From: a virus
Lineage: Duplodnaviria; Caudoviricetes
Length of the DNA stretch: 26,021 bases
Direction: 5' to 3' (one strand)
Virus record (IMG/VR): IMGVR_UViG_3300037424_000059
Coordinates: 1 to 26,021 of that record
Shown here: piece after piece, positions 19,195 through 26,021 of the stretch
Numbering within the stretch: the stretch's first letter is position 1
Layout of the letters: the number at the start of each line of letters is the position of its first letter
Notes under the pieces: generated by a model
What the model was told of the DNA's origin: nothing
Database searches by the model: none
Seen by the model: the letters and a program-made list of their open reading frames with translations, nothing else
Program-made: the position numbers and the translations under genes

Positions 19195-19533
19195 TTAACA
19201 GAATGAATTACGATCATAAAGGCCACGCGCCTTCAAGGCTCTTTTACGATGCTGGGCATTACGATAAATAGGATTACCGTCACGGGAAACTTCCGTCGGT
19301 ACGCCACGGCCGCGAAGGTGATCGCGGAGTTCTTGCGCCTGGTCGGGATGTACGCCGGACGCTATACACTCCAGCGGCCATCCTTTCTCACATGGAACGT
19401 TCGGCCGTTCGGCACGGTAACTTCGATTGGCTACCGCGCCGCCGTCAAGCTTAATTTCCTGCGGGGCTTCACCCATGCGAAACCAACGTTCAATAACTTG
19501 GCCGTCTTGATCTTCGTAACAATAAGTTGGCAT
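19195..19533 (-). CDS. FmdB-like small protein
   Basis: N-terminal MPTYCYE...G...E matches the FmdB MPxYxY start. Common position between portal and scaffold. Confidence 0.6.
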   Translation of the reverse strand: MPTYCYEDQDGQVIERWFRMGEAPQEIKLDGGAVANRSYRAERPNVPCEKGWPLECIASGVHPDQAQELRDHLRGRGVPTEVSRDGNPIYRNAQHRKRALKARGLYDRNSFC

Positions 19534-19583
19534 ATCATAGTTTCCTAAGTGATACTCGTTCTACGCTTCATTCTATCCCCGAC

Positions 19584-21323
19584 CTAGCCCGTTGGTCGCG
19601 TCAATGCGGCAATCTCCGACTTCTGCGGCTGTCCACCCAGGGCGGCTTGCTGTAGGATCTGACTTTTTCCGCTGATCGACGCACCGGGGCGATTAACGCG
19701 CTCATACGTTCGCGTCGTGTTTTGCGGCATTCCCGGCGGTTGTTGCTCCTGCGATTCCATATCGCCCTGCGTAAACTGCACGATTTCGGCCAATTCGGGA
19801 AGGTTCGCATATTTTGCCACGAGCCGCAAAATAACCTGTGCGTCGATACTTCCACCCTGCTGCTGAATCATCGGTGCCAGCGGCAAGACGTAGTTCTGTA
19901 TTACCATGCCAAGCTTCTGGAGCTTAATACTTGGCGAATTGTCTTGGAGCGAATACACGTCGATATCGAGCCGAAAGTCCTCGAATTTTCCCTTCCGCTG
20001 CTTTTTTCCCCAGGGGATGGGAAGCTTGATTTCCGTCCCCGGGATGGACTTTTCCAAGATCCGCCGCTTGATGGGATCGCTCCACTCGTAGTAGGCCAGG
20101 GCTTTGAAGATCTTCCCGATGGCCCTAACGGTCTCATCGGCCATCTCACGGAGCATGGCTCCGGCTGATTCGCTCAGTAACTTATCTTGTCCGACCGTGT
20201 CGGACATCGGAGACAACCCGCCGAGAGAGTCAAGGTTACCGGCGAAGTACGAATAGAGATCGCGGCACTGAAGAAAGAATGCAAGGTTATTCTGATCTAT
20301 GCCGCCAACGGAAATATCAATGGGCGGCGGGCCGGTGTAAGCGATGCCGTCGCCATCTTTTGCGTCTCGCAGATTCCTGACGCTATCTTCGTTTCCGCCG
20401 CTGAAGCCGGCGACATTCTTCTGCGCTTCAGCCTGCCGTCCAAGTTTACGGAAGATCGTATTCGCCAGCTTGTGTAGGTCTTTCCAGACCGAGACCGGAG
20501 CCAGCGGAAGTATATTGCCCGGCACGTGTGAGAAGCCGAGCTTAATATACGGCCCATCCTTCGGCCCATCCCACTTAACGACACTCAGCAACTTCTTGCT
20601 TATAACGGCGTAAGTTACCAGTAGATTTTCAGCCGGCAGCCATACGTCGCGCAGCCAGATTTTTTCCTTGTACAGATCCGGTGTCTCAGTGGTCGTGATC
20701 TCCTCGGCGCGGTCCTCGCCGTTGGGACCGAATAGCGTGTAATCGTCCGGCTTCAAGTCCTTCTTATACTTGTCCGGAACCCAGGATGCACTTTCGATAT
20801 CCTCGAAAGGCATCCAATAATCGTTGCCTTCATACTGCATGGCCGACTGTCGCTTCGCCGAAGCATCGAAAAAATAATCATCCATAGTGACGACATCGAC
20901 GAAAGACTCGCCATAGTCGCAGCCCAACACTTGCTTGCGGGTACAGAGCCCAACCTTGACGACGCCCAATGAAAATAGCGCCTCGGTGACAAACATTTTC
21001 AGCGTCTTATCTAGACTAATCTCATCCGGGATCTGGTTCACCGCAAGCTCTTCATTCGCGGCTATCGGTCGCAACTCCGGTACGTTAGTGGATATCATCG
21101 CGCGCGGCGCGCACGGCGCAAGCTGACGAACGTAGATATCCACCGCCAGCTTTTCGAAATTCACGGGGACGTGCTTTTCCGTGCCGCCCTCAGCGTAGTG
21201 CGAACCGACAAGTTGCTTGACCGAATCAACTCGCTCCTTGCGTGGCTTCTCCATTTGGCGAATACTCCAGTCCACGGACTTCTGTAATCGCTCGAACTTT
21301 TTCTTGCTGAGTAATGCGCTCAT
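19584..21323 (-). CDS. portal protein
   Basis: About 579 aa, directly after the large terminase. ATG at 21323 overlaps the terL stop (ATGA) and is preferred over the TTG at 21329. Q/P-rich C-terminal tail as in P22-like portals. Confidence 0.8.
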   Translation of the reverse strand: MSALLSKKKFERLQKSVDWSIRQMEKPRKERVDSVKQLVGSHYAEGGTEKHVPVNFEKLAVDIYVRQLAPCAPRAMISTNVPELRPIAANEELAVNQIPDEISLDKTLKMFVTEALFSLGVVKVGLCTRKQVLGCDYGESFVDVVTMDDYFFDASAKRQSAMQYEGNDYWMPFEDIESASWVPDKYKKDLKPDDYTLFGPNGEDRAEEITTTETPDLYKEKIWLRDVWLPAENLLVTYAVISKKLLSVVKWDGPKDGPYIKLGFSHVPGNILPLAPVSVWKDLHKLANTIFRKLGRQAEAQKNVAGFSGGNEDSVRNLRDAKDGDGIAYTGPPPIDISVGGIDQNNLAFFLQCRDLYSYFAGNLDSLGGLSPMSDTVGQDKLLSESAGAMLREMADETVRAIGKIFKALAYYEWSDPIKRRILEKSIPGTEIKLPIPWGKKQRKGKFEDFRLDIDVYSLQDNSPSIKLQKLGMVIQNYVLPLAPMIQQQGGSIDAQVILRLVAKYANLPELAEIVQFTQGDMESQEQQPPGMPQNTTRTYERVNRPGASISGKSQILQQAALGGQPQKSEIAALTRPTG

Positions 21324-23140
21324 TGCCAACCGATTCCTAATTCATCCATAGTATTACGTCTAGTTTCCTCTTTTCGCTGCCTACGCCACGCTAAAGAACC
21401 GTGCGGCACCTCCGGCGAGTCTTGCTCTGGCTTGCGTGTCGACCATTCGCTAATCCCCTTCCATGCCAAAGCGTCCGCTATAACGCGATCGCCGTGATTA
21501 CTCTTTGCGCCGGACGGATCATCCCTGTCGTTAGCGCGAGCGTGCGAGACGCCGCCTTGCGGATCGTGAATATATTCCAAGCACTCTTCCAAAGCCGCCT
21601 TCGAGCGATTGACGCACGCGCTTTTCTCAATCGCCGAGCGATAGTCGCCCATCAGAACCAGCTTGGTTTCCTTCGTCGACGCCCAGCCCGGTATATCCGA
21701 TACTTTCTTGGAGATAGACTCGTCCCGCCTGCGGTAATAGACGTGCCCGTAACTCAGTTCGATTACACGAGATCCGAACTGCCGGCCCGGGCCGTTGTTT
21801 TCCCAGATTAAAAAGGCGTTCCCCATCCAGCGGGCCAAGGCCACGGCCTGACGCGCGAACTCTTCCGGACGGATATAGGGGTTGGAGTACTCAAGAACCT
21901 TCTCTTTAGTGACGATATCCCAACCGGCCAAGCAGGAGTTCGACGCGCCCGTACCGGCGGCGATGTCCGCGCCAAGCACCATACGATGCTCGGCGGGCAT
22001 GTCGTTGTCTTTATTCAGCAGACACCAGAGAGATAAGTTGCCTTTTTCGTCATCACAAAAACGTATGGGATCGGCGGTGATACTCTCGTATTCAAGGTGG
22101 CCGACGGTTATCGGTGGTCTAGTAAACTGCGTGATCGCCTGCTGAATCGAGTCTGCCGAGAAAAATTGCCAACCGGAACCGAGATAGTCGATGTCGAGTT
22201 CCTGCGCAATTTCCTTGGGTGACGCAGTACGCTTACACTCCCGGTCGTACCAGGGTGAGCGAAGCCTGCCGTCTAATGTAGGCCGATAACCTGCCGGGTA
22301 TCCGTCGGGAATCTCAACCGCTAGTTCTCCATTAGCTCCAGTAGTATAGAGTCCTCTATTTTTGAGAGGGTGGGCGGACCAGTGGAATCGCAGTTTTTTA
22401 ATATCGGTGGTCGACATCTCGTAATAAGCATTGCCAGTTCCCTCGGGAGTCGAATTAAAAAGCCTACAGTTAGTAGCGTCACGAGTGGAGCTGAGCACGG
22501 CTCGCCCTTGTTCCACGGCGGCGAACTCATCGAGAAGGATAGCCGTTCGTCGGTCGCCGCGAGCGACACGCCCGGTCGTGGATTCCCCATCAATCACACT
22601 CCCGTTATGTGGGTTCTTTATGTGTAGATTCGTGCGGCACGACTTATTATCCGGATGATAACCGGGCGGTAACATCCAAGGCGGCATACTGCGATGCATG
22701 AAGTCGACCTTCCACATCAACGACTTGGGGTTATCGTTCTTATCTACATAATCCTCTGTGCGAGACACGAATAAGAAAGACTGTAACGGCGAGAAGTGCC
22801 AGAACCACTCAGGCGCGACAATACAGATCCACGACGCTCCCATATCGCGGCTCTTCTCAATAAGTAAATCGTGATTCCCGATAGCGCGCACGATTTCAAG
22901 AATACCCTCGTCTTGGAATTTGTATGTTATCAATGGTAACTTGGCGTGCGGTTCGCGGCGCGGATCGTAAGTCCAAACGAAAGAGTTAATATAGAAAAGG
23001 ATGTCTTTCGAACAGGCGTCCCATAGCACGTCCGCATAACCGGGATCGTCGATCACGGCTTGTGTAAGCTTCTGCCGGTAACGAAGGTTGGCTCCTATCT
23101 CCTTCGGTACACGCTTATAAAACGGAGTGTTATCTCTCAT
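21320..23140 (-). CDS. terL: terminase large subunit
   Basis: Walker A-like IEKSRDMGASW, Walker B AILLDEF, motif III NSTPEG, RNase H-like nuclease LGADIAAG...HGDRVIADALA. Confidence 0.93.
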   Translation of the reverse strand: MRDNTPFYKRVPKEIGANLRYRQKLTQAVIDDPGYADVLWDACSKDILFYINSFVWTYDPRREPHAKLPLITYKFQDEGILEIVRAIGNHDLLIEKSRDMGASWICIVAPEWFWHFSPLQSFLFVSRTEDYVDKNDNPKSLMWKVDFMHRSMPPWMLPPGYHPDNKSCRTNLHIKNPHNGSVIDGESTTGRVARGDRRTAILLDEFAAVEQGRAVLSSTRDATNCRLFNSTPEGTGNAYYEMSTTDIKKLRFHWSAHPLKNRGLYTTGANGELAVEIPDGYPAGYRPTLDGRLRSPWYDRECKRTASPKEIAQELDIDYLGSGWQFFSADSIQQAITQFTRPPITVGHLEYESITADPIRFCDDEKGNLSLWCLLNKDNDMPAEHRMVLGADIAAGTGASNSCLAGWDIVTKEKVLEYSNPYIRPEEFARQAVALARWMGNAFLIWENNGPGRQFGSRVIELSYGHVYYRRRDESISKKVSDIPGWASTKETKLVLMGDYRSAIEKSACVNRSKAALEECLEYIHDPQGGVSHARANDRDDPSGAKSNHGDRVIADALAWKGISEWSTRKPEQDSPEVPHGSLAWRRQRKEETRRNTMDELGIGWQ

Positions 23141-23168
23141 TTACCACACGATCTGTACCGTTGATATA

Positions 23169-23345
23169 CTAGGGATGCAGCTTGGCATGGGATCGGATAT
23201 GGATGGCAACACATTTACCGCTACAGAAGTGCAATTCAGGTCTATCGCCCCGCGCCGCGTAGACGTGGCCATCATATGGAATTGGACGACCGCACGTCTT
23301 ACATCTAGGGACGGGGTTAGTCTCGTTAAACATCTTCTTGCTCAT
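23169..23345 (-). CDS. 58-aa treble-clef zinc finger protein (CxxC...FCSxxC)
   Basis: Below the ORF-track cutoff. MSKKMFNETNPVPRCKTCGRPIPYDGHVYAARGDRPELHFCSGKCVAIHIRSHAKLHP*. GGAG SD 7 nt upstream; fills the terS-terL gap. Confidence 0.75.
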   Translation of the reverse strand: MSKKMFNETNPVPRCKTCGRPIPYDGHVYAARGDRPELHFCSGKCVAIHIRSHAKLHP

Positions 23346-23925
23346 TTACATTCTCCAAAGCGTCTAACATCCGGTCGATTTCGGCTATACTCCGCTCTCC
23401 ACTATGGCGAGCTTTACGCAGGGTTTCCTGCTCGTCGTCGCACTTACCCTCTATCTGGTTGTATTTAGCGAGGAAATCTTTAGGCTCTTCGATGGCTTGT
23501 CGATAAAGCCACCAGGCGGCGTCATTGGGGCAGCTACCGGGGGATTGCATCGTGCGGAGAAACGCGCCGGCTTGGTCGATTGCCCAACGGAGATTAGCAC
23601 GGTGCGATTGTTCGATGCCTTCGCAGACAACAGCGCCCGGCTTAATAAAGGCGACTGTACTGCCCAGAAGCGTTCCATTTCTTCGCGCGTCAGCGGGGCG
23701 ATTAACATAGATGTCATTAAAGCTGTACTCCTTCAGTAAGCGTGTCAAACAAAGGAAGTCTTCGGAAGCCAGCACCGTGGCTTTCTTCTGATTCATGCCC
23801 TCGGAGCGGATGGCGTCGATCTTGTCTCGCCATTGGGCGTGTAGCTGCTCGCCACGGTCTTCGCGCAGAAGGATGGACTTCGCGCGGATGGTGAACTCTT
23901 CAATGCTGGATGATTTCTTAGCCAT
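23326..23925 (-). CDS. putative terminase small subunit
   Basis: 199-aa helical, charged protein. First gene of the operon, upstream of terL. Call is based on position. Confidence 0.6.
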   Translation of the reverse strand: MAKKSSSIEEFTIRAKSILLREDRGEQLHAQWRDKIDAIRSEGMNQKKATVLASEDFLCLTRLLKEYSFNDIYVNRPADARRNGTLLGSTVAFIKPGAVVCEGIEQSHRANLRWAIDQAGAFLRTMQSPGSCPNDAAWWLYRQAIEEPKDFLAKYNQIEGKCDDEQETLRKARHSGERSIAEIDRMLDALENVNEQEDV

Positions 23926-24211
23926 GTAGTCCAGTATGAGGCTGGCCGGCGAGCGAAAGGGCTGGGTGCTTCCAGGTGGCTGCTTGCCACCTGCCAGAGA
24001 TTGGCGGACTCGCCAGACTGCTTATACGCATTACGGGTGTGAAGCAGTGTAGTCTGGCCGTGACGGATTTTCGTAATTCTGACTGATGGACCAGAGGGGA
24101 TGAAAATTACTTTCCAGTTCCGGACGCGCGACCGGAACGAGTACTTACGGCAATTCAAAAGCGCATCGGCTTGCGTATTTGCTATTTTACATTCGCGTGC
24201 ATATCACCCAT

Positions 24212-24228
24212 TGCAAATATCGTGCCAG
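24212..24228 (-). promoter_or_regulatory. sigma54 (RpoN) -24/-12 promoter for the late operon
   Basis: The minus strand reads CTGGCACGATATTTGCA, matching YTGGCACG-N4-TTGCW. It is intergenic and points at terS; predicted start near 24201. Confidence 0.75.
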
Positions 24229-24794
24229 TTTTGTTTATGGCCTGGGGGTGCCGTCCAGTGTTACAGAGGTATTTAATAGGCCCGACGGCGAGAATATCGG
24301 CTACGGATTTGACGGGCCCGAGATCGTCGAAAACAGGGTGCCGGCCATGGATACGAATAACGACTTACGGCGAATCTACCACCTTTGGAGCCGGGTGGTT
24401 TGTGGGGAGTACCATAAGTAAGCCCTGGGGGGTATCGTTTACTTTCCCTCGCTCGGGCTAAAAGGTCCAGCGTGCTTACGATATGCGGACCCCCCACTGG
24501 AGTTCGTAATTTCCATATAGCGTATTTTCACTTACGACGACGCTGCGCGGCTCGCTGTGAGCGTTCGGCCTGATAGAGCAGGGGGCCCTGTGTAGAGCTT
24601 TGAGGCTGTGAGACGCGGGCTGAGGGGCTCTAGGAGGGATCTGGGGAATTGGCGTAAGTGGACACGGTGGCTAGCTCAATACTAGATCGGCAAGCGACCC
24701 GGGGGGTCTGGTAATACTTCTTAACACGTTGGGGCCCCCTCATGACTCCACAATGCCTACTTATCCCCCCGATATAGCGTATATTGCGCCTATT

Positions 24795-24827
24795 CTATGG
24801 CCTATAGGTAATACCCATAGGCCATAG
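24795..24827. repeat. 33-bp near-perfect palindrome
   Basis: CTATGGCCTATAGGT-AAT-ACCCATAGGCCATAG; 14 of 15 arm positions are complementary. Confidence 0.9.
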
Positions 24828-25185
24828 CCTACAAATAAGGGGTAATGTGCATAACCACATCTTACTGCCACTAAATAGCTACCTCCAACTAACACCACTA
24901 CATATTGTGCCATATCATGGCAACCACCACAAGAGACCGCCGTGAAGGTCCACCGGAAAAACGTCCACCTTGGCAATCAGCCACCACAGTAGCCATTCTA
25001 ACGCATTGCCATAGCTCAAGGTGTTTTGGGTCGGCCAATACCTTCTGCGCTCGTTAGACGCGACGTGGGAGCGTCGATATTTTCGCCCTATGCCCTCGTA
25101 TTAGGCAGAATCAGCATAATCAGTATAGTTTCCGATGGGTGGTACGCTAACGGGTGGTGCGTAAGGCTGTTTTCATTAGCCCGAC

Positions 25186-25510
25186 ATTCTCCCTAATTCT
25201 CCCTATTCACTAAATACCTTGGCCGTAACAACTTAACTGTCATTCTCCCTTATTCTCCCATTCTCCCAAGGGTGTCTTTACATGAATACGAGAACCCCAC
25301 CACCGGGTGGTTTACAAAATACCTGGGGGAACGGTGGTCGGGAGAATGGGAGAATGATAAAGGATAATCATTCTTATAAACAACATATATATATTATAAG
25401 AGTATTACATACTAACTACTTACGTCAAATGTGCATTATATATAATCACTGTTTTTAGCCTAGAATGACATGGGAGAATGACGGGAGAATGACGGGAGAA
25501 ACGGGAGAAT
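25186..25510. repeat. inverted octamer array (ATTCTCCC x5, GGGAGAAT x5 plus 1 variant) with an AT-rich segment; candidate replication origin
   Basis: ATTCTCCC at 25186, 25196, 25242, 25252, 25260. GGGAGAAT at 25340, 25348, 25472, 25483, 25503. GGGAGAAA at 25494. AT-rich ~25356-25460. Confidence 0.8.
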
Positions 25511-25748
25511 AACCACCTAAAACTCACCACCATAATAACTACACACCGTTAGTGGGTGGCGTGCCCACCTAGCCCCACCTTTGTTTTCGGTTATCACTCG
25601 ACAACCGCTCTAATCGTCAAACTCCGTACAGCCTACCGTAAAATAATTATTTCGGAAAATATTTCCGGAATTTATTAGGCCAGCCTATCTTCACCACGAT
25701 AGTATTTAATTGTAAGCCCATTTTATTCTGCCCCAGTGAGGTGACATC

Positions 25749-25988
25749 ATGACGCGAACAGACGACTTAATTTACGTTGCCAAGAAGGCTTTGGACCATG
25801 CCCGCATACTTGGTTGTGATTGCCGTAATATAATAATCAACCAACGTGAGGGCAGTAACGTGGTTCATGTTCTTCACAATGGTTGTGAACTGCTATGGCA
25901 AGCCGGAGCACATAATTCCACACATTATATTGGCCGACCCTCGAGGGCAATCCGGGCTATCGGCGCTGAACTCTATTACATGGCATAA
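25749..25988 (+). CDS. hypothetical protein (putative early gene)
   Basis: 79 aa, GAGGTG SD, AT-rich upstream region, followed by another gene with a strong SD. Confidence 0.65.
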   Translation: MTRTDDLIYVAKKALDHARILGCDCRNIIINQREGSNVVHVLHNGCELLWQAGAHNSTHYIGRPSRAIRAIGAELYYMA

Positions 25989-25999
25989 GGAGCAACATC

Positions 26000-26021
26000 A
26001 TGACAAAAACACAAAAGAAAA
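26000..26021 (+). CDS. start of a hypothetical protein (truncated), MTKTQKK...
   Basis: TAAGGAG SD followed by ATG at 26000. Confidence 0.6.

Noticed and set aside
23127-23468. 113-aa + strand ORF across the terS-terL gap
   Set aside because: It is antisense to the operon, and the gap is better explained by the minus-strand zinc-finger ORF with an SD.
178-23739. Numerous + strand and alternate-frame ORFs inside the late genes (e.g. 12758-13450)
   Set aside because: These are shadow ORFs expected in GC-rich coding DNA. The minus-strand genes tile the region with coupled starts and stops.
341-23925. Stop-codon reassignment, introns or inteins in the structural genes
   Set aside because: Genes are full length in the standard code and end in TAA, TAG and TGA. 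TerL, portal and capsid are of ordinary size, with no intein or intron signatures noticed.
24073-24110. Hammerhead-like CTGATG...GAAA on the + strand closed by GTAATT/AATTAC
   Set aside because: The core reads CUGAUGG rather than CUGANGA, only 3 nt are available for stem I, and stem II is not convincing.
24184-24216. sigma70-type TTGCAA...TAAAAT on the minus strand
   Set aside because: The spacer is 21 nt, too long, and the TTGCA is better explained as the sigma54 -12 element.
23793-24976. ORF-track ORFs 23793-24158(-), 24171-24461(+), 24179-24421(+), 24273-24497(-), 24761-24976(-)
   Set aside because: Weak starts, no clear SD and no protein-like motifs. They overlap terS, the promoter, the structured leader or the palindrome.
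25186-25510. Possible CRISPR array
   Set aside because: The repeats are 8-11 bp, occur in both orientations, and have irregular spacing with no spacer-sized unique units.

Overview
The window is about 26 kb of a short-tailed (podovirus-like) dsDNA phage or prophage, with no recognisable host genes. Bases 1-23925 form one tightly coupled minus-strand late operon. In transcription order it holds: terminase small subunit, a 58-aa zinc-finger ORF missed by the ORF track, terminase large subunit, portal, FmdB-like protein, scaffold, major capsid, capsid decoration, adaptor, small fibre-like protein, tail nozzle, three fibre/receptor-binding genes plus a chaperone, two putative ejection proteins, and a 1611-aa polyvalent protein (HExxH metallopeptidase + LPD38-like). 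The operon ends in a membrane protein, a membrane-anchored Ig-like protein and a truncated papain-like cysteine peptidase, where a lysis cassette would normally sit. Bases ~23926-25750 are a largely non-coding control region. It contains a near-perfect sigma54 (-24/-12) promoter aimed at the late operon, a structured ~275-nt leader, repeated ACTTACG (IHF-like) sites, a 33-bp palindrome, and an inverted GGGAGAAT iteron array with an AT-rich segment (candidate origin). Divergent + strand small genes start at 25749. The host is tentatively inferred to be Planctomycetota. Product calls rest on motifs and synteny read by eye; no searches were run.
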